A stretch of 64,000 nucleotides of DNA from an uncultured Marinilabiliaceae bacterium. GTDB lineage: Bacteria; Bacteroidota; Bacteroidia; Bacteroidales; VadinHA17. Positions within the stretch are counted from its first letter, which is position 1, and every line of letters begins with the position of its first letter. The notes beneath the pieces were generated by a model. It saw nothing but the letters and a program-made list of their open reading frames with translations, was not told the DNA's origin and ran no database searches. The stretch lies in assembly GCA_942491535.1 (NCBI GenBank), contig CALOBV010000006.1:2483-66482 (forward strand), given 5' to 3'. The position numbers and the translations under genes were made by a program. Positions 28,490 to 39,545 of this stretch are shown here, in pieces.

Positions 28490-29358
28490 TTTTCTTCCCA
28501 CCCTGATGTAATTACATTTCTCTGGATCCTGATATTAAGGTAGTTATTATCTGCTTCAATGCTTATATCGCTCCCTTTTTCGTCTATCATCCTGAAAGCG
28601 GTATTACCCACCATAGCGAATCCTGAGAATCTCTTCTCCATCGACAGAACACCTGCTACTTCTCCAAATCTCTGAATAGTAGTAAAGCTATCGCTATATT
28701 TAAGATGTATATCGGTTAATCCCTGCTTTTCGATGGCATAACCCTCTTCGATCCTGAAAACATCTTTTGATGTAAAGTAATATACATTCTGCAGTCCTAT
28801 TTTTCCGCGTAGCAGTATAATATTACCGGGGCTATTTCTGAATGTATGTGATATTGTCGGCCATCTTCCCGGTATTTTTATCCTGGAATCTACTATATCT
28901 GCCAGTAATTCCATTCCCAGCGATGCCGAGCTACTTGTATAATCGCCTTTTATTACCGCAATATAATGATGCTTCCAGAGCACAAGCTCATTCTCATCAA
29001 CGAATGCATCCTTTCCGGCCTTCTCATATTTCTCATCCATTCCTTCAGACTTAAGCAAATAGATGCCATATGATGCGTAAATATCCTTCATTCTGTACAG
29101 TTCGAAGGTAAGTTCTTCGTCGCGATCATTAGAAAAGGAGGTTGACATAACCTCAACAAAGCCAAACTCGTGGTATAGATCAGCTTCGCGGTTAACAAAG
29201 AAAATAAGTTCTTCGCCCTTATATTCAGATACTTCAGCACTGAGTTTCCACCCTTCCATCTCATCATCCTTTGGAAGAAATGCCTTGAGCCCGGTTTGAG
29301 CAAAGGTATGGCTGCCAGATAGAATCAGCAGCAGCTGTAACAGAATTAACTTTCTCAT
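28486..29358 (-). CDS. Hypothetical secreted protein
   Basis: Signal peptide MRKLILLQLLLILSGSHTFAQ. 290 aa, no family recognised. Its stop overlaps the nhaC stop (TTAA at 28486..28489). Confidence 0.55.
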   Translation of the reverse strand: MRKLILLQLLLILSGSHTFAQTGLKAFLPKDDEMEGWKLSAEVSEYKGEELIFFVNREADLYHEFGFVEVMSTSFSNDRDEELTFELYRMKDIYASYGIYLLKSEGMDEKYEKAGKDAFVDENELVLWKHHYIAVIKGDYTSSSASLGMELLADIVDSRIKIPGRWPTISHTFRNSPGNIILLRGKIGLQNVYYFTSKDVFRIEEGYAIEKQGLTDIHLKYSDSFTTIQRFGEVAGVLSMEKRFSGFAMVGNTAFRMIDEKGSDISIEADNNYLNIRIQRNVITSGWEEN

Positions 29359-29439
29359 ATTTCATATTTTACGAACGTTCCCAAAATATGAAAAAGAGTA
29401 AGCTGAATTCGAAAAAGATATTAACCGATAAAGATAGTT

Positions 29440-31866
29440 TTAAACAAATATCTCCGGGTATTCTGCAGGTAAAGACTCCCTCATCATACCGTAAATCATC
29501 TCGAAAATATCTTCAGCCGAAGGTTTAGAGAAATAATCACCATCTGTAGAATATGCCGGCCTGTGATCTTTTCCTGATAGGGTACGTGGTTCACTATCAA
29601 GGTAGTACCAGGCATTCTGCTTTTCAAGAACCTGCTGCATCATATACCCTGTTGTACCTCCAGGCACATCTTCATCGAGGAACAATATCCTGCCTGTTTT
29701 CTTAACCGACTCAAGGATCATATTATTCACGTCAAAAGGAAGAAGTGTCTGCACATCGATAAGTTCTACAGAGATATTGTGCTTCTTAAGCTGCTCTACC
29801 GCATCCATTGCTACCTTGAGGGTTGATCCGTAAGATACTACTGTTACATCGCTACCCTCAAAAAGCACCTCCGGTACACCAAGAGGCATTCTGAACTCAC
29901 CCATATTTTCTGGTCTGAGCTCTTTCTGGCGATAGCCGTTAAGAGGTTCAATTACTATCGCCGGATCGTCTGCCTCGAGCAAGGTATTATAGAAACCTGC
30001 CGCCCTGGTCATATCTCTGGGCACGCAAACATGTATTCCTCTTACCGAATGAATCAGCATACCAATTGGAGAGCCTGAGTGCCAGATACCTTCCAGCCTG
30101 TGCCCCCTGGTACTTACAATAACAGGAACTACCATACTTCCTGCGGTTCTATAGTGAGTCGATGCCACATCATCGCTCAAGCCCTGTATTGCATAGAGCA
30201 GATAATCCAGGTATTGTATTTCGGCAATAGGCCTGAGTCCGCGTAGGGCCAGACCAACTCCCTGTCCGAGTATAGTTGCTTCCCTGATACCTGTGTCTGA
30301 GATTCTTAATTCACCATATTTCTTCTGAAGGCCTTCAAAACTCTGGTTTACACCACCAATTTTACCTGCATCTTCTCCAAAAGTTACCAGTTTTGGGTTC
30401 TTGCCAAACTGTGCATCGTAGTTGTCTCGCAGTATCTCCCGTCCAGGTACTTCAGGTGTTTTATCATTATAAACAGGATCGACAGGTACAACCTTCATTG
30501 CAGAGCTATCGTTCTCGTTATACAGGAAGGTATTATACCTCTGGTAAGTATCTTCCCTGTTTCTTTTTAGCCACACCTGCAGATCATCCCTGAGGGATTG
30601 TTTCTTTTTGCAATCTCCGCACACATTTCTCATTATCTTTCGTGCAGCAACAAAATTATCCTTACGGATAGGATACATTATTCCTTTCAGGTTAGCAATA
30701 ATTTCATCTATTGTTTCCTCCTTGGCCCCACTCTCGCAACGACAGCTCTTTTCTGTTACAAGCTTTACAAGCGCATCTCTTTCAACTTTTATAGGATCCT
30801 GGAAAGCTTTCCAGCTATTCTTACGAGCATTCTTAGTTTCGTCGGCGGTGTCAGCTTCAATACTATCAAGCTCCTTTTCTGTTGCTATTTTATTCGCGAT
30901 GATCCATTCTCTCATCTTTGTTATCGGGTCATAGTCCTTCTCCCAGTTTAATCTTTTCTCATCCTTGTATCTTTCGTGAGAACCTGAAGTTGAGTGGCCG
31001 AGCGGCTGTGTAACTTCCTCGACATGGAATAATACCGGGGTATGTTCTTTGCGACAGAGTTCTACGCCTTCCTTGAACATAGTAATCAAACCTTCATAAT
31101 CCCATCCCTTACCCCTGAAAATTGTTATTCCTGATCCCTTGTTATTCTCTCTTTCAAATCCTTTCAGCACCTCTGATATACTTTCCTTGGTAGTCTGGTA
31201 TTTTTTAGGAACAGATATACCGTAACCATTATCATATATTGTAATAGCAAGAGGAACCTGCATAACACCGGCAGCATTAATGGTTTCCCAGAAAGGTCCT
31301 TCAGAAGTACTGGCGTCGCCAATTGATCCGAATGCAACCTCATTTCCATCGACAGACAGATCCTTAAGTTTGTTCATGCCCTTATCGTTCCGGAACAACT
31401 TTGATGCCTGTGCCAATCCTAGCAGCCTTGCCATCTGACCAGCAGTTGGAGATAGATCGGATGTTGAGTTCTTTAAGGTAGCGAGCTTCTTCCAGCTACC
31501 ATCAGGATTAATATTCGGAGTTGAAAAATGATTATTAAATACCCGTCCGCCATTACCTGGATTCAGTTCCTTATCTGTATTTCCATACAGCTGGTGAAAA
31601 AAGCCCTCTGCATCATAGAGATCCATTGCCATCATCCAGGTCTGATCTCTGTAATATCCACTTCTCCAGTCACCATTCTTAAACTGTTTTGCCATTGCTA
31701 TCTGGACAATTTCTTTGCCATCGCCAAATATTCCGAACTTTGCTTTACCGGATAATACTTCTCTTCTACCCAGTACACTGAGGTCTCTACTCAGGTTGGC
31801 CAATCTGTAATCTGCAAGAACTTCTGCTTTATTAAACTGTGTTTTACCGCTATCCTGCTTATTCAT
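29440..31866 (-). CDS. 2-oxoacid dehydrogenase E1 component, fused alpha/beta subunits (TPP-dependent)
   Basis: 808 aa. The N-terminal half is E1-alpha-like (..GDASTSEGPFWETINAAGV...ITIYDNGYGISVP). The C-terminal half is E1-beta/transketolase-like (..ISDTGIREATILGQGVGLALRGLRPIAEIQYLDY..). Confidence 0.85.
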   Translation of the reverse strand: MNKQDSGKTQFNKAEVLADYRLANLSRDLSVLGRREVLSGKAKFGIFGDGKEIVQIAMAKQFKNGDWRSGYYRDQTWMMAMDLYDAEGFFHQLYGNTDKELNPGNGGRVFNNHFSTPNINPDGSWKKLATLKNSTSDLSPTAGQMARLLGLAQASKLFRNDKGMNKLKDLSVDGNEVAFGSIGDASTSEGPFWETINAAGVMQVPLAITIYDNGYGISVPKKYQTTKESISEVLKGFERENNKGSGITIFRGKGWDYEGLITMFKEGVELCRKEHTPVLFHVEEVTQPLGHSTSGSHERYKDEKRLNWEKDYDPITKMREWIIANKIATEKELDSIEADTADETKNARKNSWKAFQDPIKVERDALVKLVTEKSCRCESGAKEETIDEIIANLKGIMYPIRKDNFVAARKIMRNVCGDCKKKQSLRDDLQVWLKRNREDTYQRYNTFLYNENDSSAMKVVPVDPVYNDKTPEVPGREILRDNYDAQFGKNPKLVTFGEDAGKIGGVNQSFEGLQKKYGELRISDTGIREATILGQGVGLALRGLRPIAEIQYLDYLLYAIQGLSDDVASTHYRTAGSMVVPVIVSTRGHRLEGIWHSGSPIGMLIHSVRGIHVCVPRDMTRAAGFYNTLLEADDPAIVIEPLNGYRQKELRPENMGEFRMPLGVPEVLFEGSDVTVVSYGSTLKVAMDAVEQLKKHNISVELIDVQTLLPFDVNNMILESVKKTGRILFLDEDVPGGTTGYMMQQVLEKQNAWYYLDSEPRTLSGKDHRPAYSTDGDYFSKPSAEDIFEMIYGMMRESLPAEYPEIFV

Positions 31867-31945
31867 CTAAATAATTATTTGGGTTGATTTTATAGCTCTC
31901 TAGTTAATTAACCATTTAAACTAAAAAAGGTTGAAATTGTTTTAC

Positions 31946-31953
31946 TATTTTTG
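31946..31953 (+). promoter_or_regulatory. Candidate Bacteroidota -7 promoter element (TAnnTTTG)
   Basis: tatttttg at 31946..31953, 32 nt upstream of the ATG at 31985. A GTTG lies about 17 nt upstream, and ggaggg precedes the ATG. Confidence 0.3.
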
Positions 31954-31984
31954 TTGTTCTAATTTAATGATTGAGGAGGGAGAT

Positions 31985-32212
31985 ATGTTTCTACAACTAC
32001 TTTTATTAAGTGTCATTATTATACTGATCTCTGTTGCCGGTCTTGGCATAAGGATTTTAATAAAAAATAACGGGCGTTTCCCGCAAACCCATGTAGGAAG
32101 AAATAAGGAGATGGCCAAGCGTGGAATCAGTTGTGCCCAGAGTATTGATGTTGGCTGCCATCCATCAGATAAAAATCCGGGATGTGCAAGCTGCGGTACA
32201 CACAAGCATTGA
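31985..32212 (+). CDS. Small single-pass membrane protein with a four-Cys C-terminal tail
   Basis: MFLQLLLLSVIIILISVAGLGIRILIKNNGRFPQTHVGRNKEMAKRGISCAQSIDVGCHPSDKNPGCASCGTHKH (75 aa from the ATG at 31985; the track ORF opens with TTG at 31931). Its stop abuts the apbE stop. Confidence 0.5.
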   Translation: MFLQLLLLSVIIILISVAGLGIRILIKNNGRFPQTHVGRNKEMAKRGISCAQSIDVGCHPSDKNPGCASCGTHKH

Positions 32213-33223
32213 TTAATCCGATAAATAATCGACCATATTTTCGGTAAACCAGGTTCTGAATTCTCCATTTTCATCTGAATAAACCAGGTAAGCCTCCAGA
32301 AAATTATATTTTTCTATCAGTTTTTTTGATTCCTCCAGTCCTAATACCATGCAGGCCGTAGCAAAAGCGTCGGCAGTAATGCAATCATCTGTAATTATAG
32401 TAGCGCTCAAGAGCTTATGTCTGACCGGAGACCCTGTTTTAGGATCAATGGTATGAGAATATTTAACTCCATCTACCTCGTAGAACTTCCGGTAATTTCC
32501 TGAAGTTGCCAGAGATTTATTATCAAGCTTAATTACGGCCTGCACCTGTTCGCCGGGAATAAAGTTATTATCGATAGGTTTATCGACAGCTACCGTCCAG
32601 GAAGCATCGGGATATTTAGATCCTACTGTTCTTACCTCTCCACCCACCTCTGCCAGGCATCTTTCAACGCCGCGAGACAGCAGGTATTTACAGATAACAT
32701 CAACAGAGTATCCCTGTGCTATAGCATTAACATCTAAATACATATCAGGATTTGTTTTAGCTATAATGCTATCACTAAGGATTAGTTTATCCATCCCTAC
32801 CAGTTGCATCAGAGAGTCGAGCATTTCAGGCTTAAATTTCCGTTCAGCATCAGGACCAAACCCCCATGCATTAATCAGCGGACCCATTGTAATATCGAAA
32901 GCACCTTCGCTCATCTGCCATATCTCATATGCTTTCTGAAAAACAACAGTCATAAAGGAGTCTGGCACCACCTCCATGTTTTTATTCAGAGAACTTATAA
33001 GGGATTCGCTATTATAGGTTGACAAAGAAAAATCAAACTTTATAAGCAGGCTATCGATTTCTTCCTTCATATCTAATGGATCAATCTTACATCCGCTATC
33101 ATAGATAACCGAATATGTTGTACCCTGTGCAAAACCTCTAATATTATAATAATCAGGTACTCCGGGAGAACATCTGCTAAGTAAAAGCAAAACAGGAACA
33201 AATAATAGGAGGCGTATTTTCAT
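32213..33223 (-). CDS. apbE: FAD:protein FMN transferase (ApbE family lipoprotein)
   Basis: 336 aa. Lipobox LLLLSRC. ApbE motifs FDITMGPLINAWGFG, AEVGGE and ATSGNY. Adjacent to the nqr operon, whose NqrB and NqrC subunits need covalent FMN. Confidence 0.85.
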   Translation of the reverse strand: MKIRLLLFVPVLLLLSRCSPGVPDYYNIRGFAQGTTYSVIYDSGCKIDPLDMKEEIDSLLIKFDFSLSTYNSESLISSLNKNMEVVPDSFMTVVFQKAYEIWQMSEGAFDITMGPLINAWGFGPDAERKFKPEMLDSLMQLVGMDKLILSDSIIAKTNPDMYLDVNAIAQGYSVDVICKYLLSRGVERCLAEVGGEVRTVGSKYPDASWTVAVDKPIDNNFIPGEQVQAVIKLDNKSLATSGNYRKFYEVDGVKYSHTIDPKTGSPVRHKLLSATIITDDCITADAFATACMVLGLEESKKLIEKYNFLEAYLVYSDENGEFRTWFTENMVDYLSD

Positions 33224-33423
33224 ACGATTTTAGTTTTCTCAAAGGTAATAATAAGGTCATAAATATGTATTAATACCACGGCATAAATCTATTGCTGTAA
33301 ATAAAAGAATCATTCATCCAAGAAAAGGGATACTTCGCCAAAATCCTCTTTTATCTGAACTCATAAAATTATACATTTGTTATTGAAGATTATTTTCATA
33401 TTCCCCTTTCCCCTATCTTCAAT

Positions 33424-33460
33424 AGGAAAAAAAAGAGGTGCTGTTCCCAACAGCCCCTCT
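33424..33460 (-). terminator. Rho-independent terminator after nqrF (potentially bidirectional)
   Basis: Stem agaggtgctgtt / aacagcccctct (one mismatch) at 33434..33460. Flanked by an A-run upstream (U-tract on the minus strand) and tttgattttt downstream. Confidence 0.65.
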
Positions 33461-33488
33461 TTTGATTTTTATGTTTTCTGATTGCTTA

Positions 33489-34742
33489 TTAGCCCCCGAA
33501 GTCGTCGAATGCTATTGATTCGTCGGGGATACCCATATCGTATAGCAGTTTAAGTACTGCATCATTCATCATTGGTGGTCCGCAGAGATAATACTCAATC
33601 TCTTCGGGCTCCTCGTGCTTACTCAGGTAATTATCGTACAATACCTGGTGTATAAATCCGACATAGCCTTCCCACTTATCTTCTTCGAGTGGTTCAGAAA
33701 GAGCAAGATTAAATTTGAAGTTCGGGAATTTCTTTTCAATCTCCCTGAACTCTTCTTCATAAAAGATCTCTCTTCTCGACCTGGCACCATACCAGTATGA
33801 AACTTTCCTTCCACTCTTCAGGGTATTGAATAGATGGAAGATATGAGAACGTAGAGGTGCCATACCTGCTCCACCACCAATATACACCATCTCGTTGTCG
33901 GTTGGTTTAATATGGAACTCTCCATAAGCACCTGATATCATAACCTTATCGCCAGGTTTGCGGGTAAAGATATAAGATGAACATATTCCAGGAGGTACAT
34001 TCATAAACTGGTTCTTCTTCCTGTCCCATGGAGGTGTTGCAATACGAATATTAAGCATAATAATATTACCTTCTCCGGGGTGGTTAGCCATTGAATAAGC
34101 CCTGATGGTTTCTTCAGAATTCTTGGTCTTAAGATTCCACATATTAAACTTATCCCATTCGTCCCTGAACTCTTCTTCGATCACCATGTCTTTAAATGAG
34201 ATATCATACTTAGGAACATCGATCTGGATATATCCACCTGATTCGAAGTCCATGCTTTCTCCTTCGGGAAGTCTTACAATAAATTCTTTAATAAATGTTG
34301 CAACGTTTCTGTTTGAAATAACCTCGCACTCCCATTTCTTAACACCAAGGATTGCTTCAGGTATCTTCACTTTCATATCCTGGCGAACCTTTACCTGGCA
34401 TCCCAGTCGCCAGTTGCTTTGCTGTTCTTTACGGGTAAAGAAGCCGGTCTCTGTTGGCAGAATAGATCCGCCTCCTTCAAGAACCTGGCATTTACATTGA
34501 GCACAGGTACCACCTCCTCCGCAGGCGGAAGGAAGAAATATGCCGTTAGCCGACATAGTACTCATCAGATTATTACCCGGTGAAACCGTTAATTCACGAT
34601 CGTTGATCTGCAGTTTAACATCACCCTGAGGAATAAGCTTCTTCCGTGCATATAGCAATACAAGCACAAGCAGCAGTATAACCAGGAGGAACACTACAAT
34701 ACTAATCGTTATAACACCTATTGTTGATGTAGCTAATATCAT
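33489..34742 (-). CDS. nqrF: Na+-translocating NADH:quinone reductase subunit F
   Basis: 417 aa. N-terminal TM helix, 2Fe-2S motif [12 protein letters not shown] and the FAD/NADH-binding RAYSMAN motif. Last gene of the six-gene cluster. Confidence 0.95.
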   Translation of the reverse strand: MILATSTIGVITISIVVFLLVILLLVLVLLYARKKLIPQGDVKLQINDRELTVSPGNNLMSTMSANGIFLPSACGGGGTCAQCKCQVLEGGGSILPTETGFFTRKEQQSNWRLGCQVKVRQDMKVKIPEAILGVKKWECEVISNRNVATFIKEFIVRLPEGESMDFESGGYIQIDVPKYDISFKDMVIEEEFRDEWDKFNMWNLKTKNSEETIRAYSMANHPGEGNIIMLNIRIATPPWDRKKNQFMNVPPGICSSYIFTRKPGDKVMISGAYGEFHIKPTDNEMVYIGGGAGMAPLRSHIFHLFNTLKSGRKVSYWYGARSRREIFYEEEFREIEKKFPNFKFNLALSEPLEEDKWEGYVGFIHQVLYDNYLSKHEEPEEIEYYLCGPPMMNDAVLKLLYDMGIPDESIAFDDFGG

Positions 34743-34754
34743 AATAATCTAATT

Positions 34755-35372
34755 TTACAGTTTAATACCCATGAAACTCATGAACGCTATACCCATAAGT
34801 CCGGTTATAATAAAAGTAATTCCAAGTCCCCTCAGGGGAGCCGGAACATTTGAATACTTTATCTTCTCTCTGATGGCTGCTATGCCTGCAATGGCGAGTA
34901 AGAATCCAATTCCTGAGCCCAGTCCGAATACTGTTACTTCAGCTATATTTGCATACTCTCGCTCAACCATAAACAGCGAGCCACCAAGTATGGCACAGTT
35001 AACAGCAATAAGAGGCAGGAATATACCCAGGGATGCGTAGAGGGCAGGACTGAATTTTTCAACAACCATCTCTACCAGCTGTACCATAGATGCAATAACA
35101 GCTATAAACATAATAAATGAGAGGAAGCTCAGGTCGACATCAGCAAATTTAGGGCTTAGCCATACCAGTGCACCTTCACTCAGCATATATTTATTAATAA
35201 GAAAGTTTACAGGAACAGTTATAGTAAGTACAAAGACCACGGCTATACCAAGTCCGACAGAAGTTTTAACTGTTTTTGATACTGCCAGGTATGAACACAT
35301 ACCCAGGAAGTAGGCAAAAACCATATTGTCAATAAAGATCGACCTAACAAATATATTTACAAGATTTTCCAT
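34755..35372 (-). CDS. nqrE: Na+-translocating NADH:quinone reductase subunit E
   Basis: 205 aa polytopic RnfA/NqrE-like protein in the operon position of nqrE. Confidence 0.9.
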   Translation of the reverse strand: MENLVNIFVRSIFIDNMVFAYFLGMCSYLAVSKTVKTSVGLGIAVVFVLTITVPVNFLINKYMLSEGALVWLSPKFADVDLSFLSFIMFIAVIASMVQLVEMVVEKFSPALYASLGIFLPLIAVNCAILGGSLFMVEREYANIAEVTVFGLGSGIGFLLAIAGIAAIREKIKYSNVPAPLRGLGITFIITGLMGIAFMSFMGIKL

Positions 35373-35384
35373 GCTCTTACAATT

Positions 35385-36041
35385 TTAATTCTCTTCAACC
35401 AGATCTTTATTTCTACTTCTCTGTATCCATATAATAATTCCAACGGTAATAAGTGCCATTGGAGGCAGTATCATAAAGCCATTATCTTCGTAGCCCGTAT
35501 TATAGATACCTATCTTCTCCATTATAGGATAACCCATAACTGTGCCTGATCCCAGTAATTCCCTGAAGAAGGCAACTATTATCAGGATAATTCCATATCC
35601 TGCAGCATTCCCTAAGCCATCGAGGAAAGAGGGCCAGGGTTTATTCGCCATAGCAAAGGCTTCGAGTCGTCCCATGATTATACAGTTAGTAATAATCAGT
35701 CCGACAAATACAGAAAGCTGTTTGCTTGTTTCGAATGCATATGCTTTCAGAACCTGGTCGACAAGAATCACCATCATCGCAATTACAACCAGCTGGAAGA
35801 TAATCCTGATTCTAGGTGGAACGAGGCTCCTGAATAGTGATACAATAACATTTGAAACAGCCAGAACAACCATTACCGAGATGGCCATTACAATGGCAGG
35901 CTGCAACTTGGCTGTTACCGCCAGAGCTGAACAGATACCAAGCACCTGTATGGTAATAGGGTTATTATCACCAAGGGGACTGGTAAGCAGCTTCATATTC
36001 TTAGATGAGAACAGGGGTTCTCTTTCTTTAATATCGCTCAT
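35385..36041 (-). CDS. nqrD: Na+-translocating NADH:quinone reductase subunit D
   Basis: 218 aa polytopic RnfE/NqrD-like protein ([10 protein letters not shown]...) in the operon position of nqrD. Confidence 0.9.
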   Translation of the reverse strand: MSDIKEREPLFSSKNMKLLTSPLGDNNPITIQVLGICSALAVTAKLQPAIVMAISVMVVLAVSNVIVSLFRSLVPPRIRIIFQLVVIAMMVILVDQVLKAYAFETSKQLSVFVGLIITNCIIMGRLEAFAMANKPWPSFLDGLGNAAGYGIILIIVAFFRELLGSGTVMGYPIMEKIGIYNTGYEDNGFMILPPMALITVGIIIWIQRSRNKDLVEEN

Positions 36042-36044
36042 ATC

Positions 36045-36743
36045 TTAATTGCTATAGGTTTTCAAAAATTCTACATAATTCACCATACAGTCATAAACCA
36101 TACTCTCCAGTGCTTTGGATGTAATAGTTCCTCCTGAAATTGCGTCAACTGCTCCCATATCATTGGGATCGGCTCCGCCCTTTTGTACCAGGATTCCTGT
36201 AAATTCATCTCCTTTGAAAAGAGTCTTATTTTTAAACATATCCTCAAACCAGGATGTGTTTATTTCCGCACCGAGACCGGGAGTTTCACTCTTATGATCG
36301 AAGGTTACACCATAGATTGATCTGAGATCTTCGTTAAGAGCCATATAGCCCCAAATCGCACCCCACAAACCTTTTCCCTCGAGTGGCATAATAAAATTCT
36401 TTGATCCATCTTCCTGCTGGGCAACAAATATTGGGAATTTTTGATCCTCAATATCAAGGCGTTGCTCCTTTCTAAGCTCCACTTCGAAGGCAACACCTTC
36501 TACCTTTTCAGCCTTATTGTTTATAACAAAGCTTTCTGTAATAAACTTATCGTAGAGAGATTCGGCATCCACTTCGGTGGCTACCACTCCAACAGATGCA
36601 AGAATATTTCTTTTCTTTTCGATCTCTGCGTTCTTAGCCTGCCTCGGTTGAAGAAGGAGTGCAGCAGTCGAAAGTATCAGCGCGACTATGGCCACCATTA
36701 TTGTCGCGAAAACAAAAATATATGTATTACTGAAATTTTTCAT
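36045..36743 (-). CDS. nqrC: Na+-translocating NADH:quinone reductase subunit C
   Basis: 232 aa. Single N-terminal TM helix and an FMN-attachment-type motif, DAISGGTITS. Confidence 0.9.
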   Translation of the reverse strand: MKNFSNTYIFVFATIMVAIVALILSTAALLLQPRQAKNAEIEKKRNILASVGVVATEVDAESLYDKFITESFVINNKAEKVEGVAFEVELRKEQRLDIEDQKFPIFVAQQEDGSKNFIMPLEGKGLWGAIWGYMALNEDLRSIYGVTFDHKSETPGLGAEINTSWFEDMFKNKTLFKGDEFTGILVQKGGADPNDMGAVDAISGGTITSKALESMVYDCMVNYVEFLKTYSN

Positions 36744-36754
36744 GACAATATTGA

Positions 36755-37957
36755 TTATTTAATTGTTGCACGTTTAAGGCGTTTCTTAATATTTGCCTCA
36801 ATCACATAATGATCGATTAATGGTGCAAATACATTCATAAACAGTATGGCCAGCATCATTCCCTCGGGGAAGGCAGGGTTAAGTACCCTTATCAGTATAG
36901 CCAGGATACCAATCATAAATCCATATATCCACTTCCCTTTTTCAGTCTGGGAACCTGTAACCGGATCGGTTGCCATAAATACGGCACCAAAGGCAAATCC
37001 ACCCATTATAAGATGGTAGTATGCCGGCAGAGCAAGGTAGACATGGTCGCCCGCAAAAGCATTCAGCAGAAGTCCCATTCCCAGTCCACCAAGGAAGACG
37101 CTGGTAATAATTTTCCAGCTTCCAATACCTGTAAAGATCAGGATTGCAGCTCCTATAATTATTGCAATAAAAGATGTTTCTCCTATCGAGCCCGGAATAG
37201 TACCTATCATCATATCCATTACAGATGGCATATCTCCAACATGACCGGCTGCAGCCTGGGCCAGAGGAGTAGCTCCTGAGAATCCGTCTACAATATTTTC
37301 GCCCTTAACAAGGTTATCGACCCATACAACATCACCTGACATCCATTTAGGATAGGAGAAGAAGAGGAAGGCCCTGGCAATAAGTGCAGGGTTAAGGATA
37401 TTCATCCCGGTACCTCCAAACACCTCTTTACCAATTATTACTGCAAATATTACTGCAGTTGCCAGCTGCCATAGCGGAACATCGATGGGTACAATCATAG
37501 GAATAAGCAGTCCGGATACAAAATATCCTTCAGCCACTTCTGAATGACCATTTATTTTTGCAAAGACAATCTCAACACCCAGTCCTACTCCAAAACTAAC
37601 AATAAAGAGAGGAATGAACTTTACCAGTCCGAAGATCAACATCTGCCACATTGTAAAGTCAGGCGCAGCAGTATTCGACATCCATGATACGACCGAGGTA
37701 TTTGATAGTGAATATTGCAATCCAATATTATACATACCGAAAAGGAGTGCCGGGAATAGTGCTATCCATACGGTAATCATTGTCCTTTTCATATCTAATC
37801 CATCCCTAATATGAGACCCTCTGTCGGTAACCTTATCAGGAACGAAGAACAGAACCTCTACAGATCCGAAAAGTGAGTTAAACAGATAAAGCTTACCTCC
37901 CTTTTCAAAATGTGGTTTGATCTTATCTAAAGTTTTTCTTAACGCTTTCATTATCAA
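36755..37957 (-). CDS. nqrB: Na+-translocating NADH:quinone reductase subunit B
   Basis: 400 aa polytopic protein. GSHIRDGLDMKRTM N-terminal region and the FMN-attachment motif DGFSGATPL. Confidence 0.95.
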   Translation of the reverse strand: MIMKALRKTLDKIKPHFEKGGKLYLFNSLFGSVEVLFFVPDKVTDRGSHIRDGLDMKRTMITVWIALFPALLFGMYNIGLQYSLSNTSVVSWMSNTAAPDFTMWQMLIFGLVKFIPLFIVSFGVGLGVEIVFAKINGHSEVAEGYFVSGLLIPMIVPIDVPLWQLATAVIFAVIIGKEVFGGTGMNILNPALIARAFLFFSYPKWMSGDVVWVDNLVKGENIVDGFSGATPLAQAAAGHVGDMPSVMDMMIGTIPGSIGETSFIAIIIGAAILIFTGIGSWKIITSVFLGGLGMGLLLNAFAGDHVYLALPAYYHLIMGGFAFGAVFMATDPVTGSQTEKGKWIYGFMIGILAILIRVLNPAFPEGMMLAILFMNVFAPLIDHYVIEANIKKRLKRATIK

Positions 37958-37973
37958 GGTAATACTTTAATTA

Positions 37974-39323
37974 TTAACTCATTTCTTTAACCATGGTATC
38001 GAGTCCTGTACGAATAATCTGCTGTATCTCAGTTTTAGACGGGCAAACAAATTCGCAGAGAGCAAAATCCTCTTCAGCAACTTCATAGATACCAAGCTGC
38101 TCCATTTTATCAATATCCTCAGTCATAATTGCTTTAAGCAGCTGCATAGGATATACATCCATTGGAAGTACTTTCTCGTATTCACCTGTTAGTACAAAGG
38201 CTCTGTCGCCACCATTATAGTTTGTGTCGAGTCTATATTGTTTACCTGGCATCATCCAGGTAAGGAAGGTTCTTGAAACACTGAACTTCTTCAATCCGGG
38301 AGTAATCCATCCAAAGAACTCGTAATGGTTGCCCTCGGGCAGAACAGTTACAGATGAATCGTAGTATCCAAGATAGCCAGTGGCTTCAATTTTAGTACCT
38401 GTAAGCGGATTACCGCTGATATACCTTACATTATCTCCCTTAACATTCTCTTTAACAATGTTAGAGATTGAAGCTCCTGAACGGATTCTGTGGTACCTTG
38501 GCTTTTCTACCTCTGATCCGGCAAGGGCAACTATCCTGTCTGGAGCGTAAATTCCTTCGGTAAACAGGCGACCGATGCCAACTACATCCTGGAGATTAAG
38601 ATACCAGACAGATTCTCCTTTATTGACAGGGTCAATATGATGAATCTGGATACCAACATTACCTGCCGGATGGGGTCCTGAAAAAGTATTAATAGTAACA
38701 CCTTTTGTATTCTTCAGGACTGTAGAAGTAGTGTTTTTTCCCAGTCCGAGGTTAACGGCACCATCGGTTAATTTTTTAAGCACCTCTATTCCTGCTGTGT
38801 AATGGTCAACTGAAGAATGATCAATAACGTAATCATAGTCGGGTCCAAGAGGGGAAGAATCAAATCCACTGATAAAGATAGATTTTGGTGTATCTTCAGG
38901 ATTTGCAACAATGTGGTAAGGTCTTTGTCTGACTGCAGGCCAGTAACCCGACTCAAGCAGTTTTTTAATTACCTCTTCTCTTTTAAGCTTTGTAATATCG
39001 GCTTTACCAAAGTCGACATTTTCATCACCCTTAGCCTCAACAACTACCTCAAGTATTTTTCTTCTTTCACCTCTTACTACATCAAGTACTACTCCGCTTA
39101 CCGGCGAAGTATACTTTACCTCAGGTCTCTGCTTATCAAAAAACAGTTCTGTACCAGCCTTTACTTTCTCACCAGGCTTGACACACATTTTGGGGACCAA
39201 CCCGGGGAAATCGATAGGCTTGACAGCGTATCTGTCAGGCCGCTCCTCGGGAATCAGAATCTTATCAGCTTTACCAATAAGCCTGATATTAAGTCCTTTT
39301 CTCAACTTGATTTGTTTAGACAT
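37974..39323 (-). CDS. nqrA: Na+-translocating NADH:quinone reductase subunit A
   Basis: 449 aa soluble subunit. MSKQIKLRKGLNIRLIGKA N-terminus. First gene of the cluster. Confidence 0.95.
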   Translation of the reverse strand: MSKQIKLRKGLNIRLIGKADKILIPEERPDRYAVKPIDFPGLVPKMCVKPGEKVKAGTELFFDKQRPEVKYTSPVSGVVLDVVRGERRKILEVVVEAKGDENVDFGKADITKLKREEVIKKLLESGYWPAVRQRPYHIVANPEDTPKSIFISGFDSSPLGPDYDYVIDHSSVDHYTAGIEVLKKLTDGAVNLGLGKNTTSTVLKNTKGVTINTFSGPHPAGNVGIQIHHIDPVNKGESVWYLNLQDVVGIGRLFTEGIYAPDRIVALAGSEVEKPRYHRIRSGASISNIVKENVKGDNVRYISGNPLTGTKIEATGYLGYYDSSVTVLPEGNHYEFFGWITPGLKKFSVSRTFLTWMMPGKQYRLDTNYNGGDRAFVLTGEYEKVLPMDVYPMQLLKAIMTEDIDKMEQLGIYEVAEEDFALCEFVCPSKTEIQQIIRTGLDTMVKEMS

Positions 39324-39545
39324 ACAGACTTCTTAATATTTAAATAATAGGATATAAAATTGCATAATTATAGCGAATGTGAATTGCATAACACAAGCAC
39401 ATGACAAATATCATAATTTTCGGCAAAGTGACAAACTTACTGGCTTATAATTTTCACATGCCAAACAACACCTGAAACCTGTTCCAGGATCATAAAAAAA
39501 GATGACCGGATACTGAAAAATTTATTCCTCAGAACATTGAGGTGT

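Noticed and set aside
35542-36048. 168-aa + strand ORF, and similar long antisense ORFs at 38817..39347, 34105..34500 and 36441..36809
   Set aside because: They are shadow ORFs opposite strongly supported nqr genes. Their translations are low-complexity Ser/Ile/Thr-rich with no motifs.
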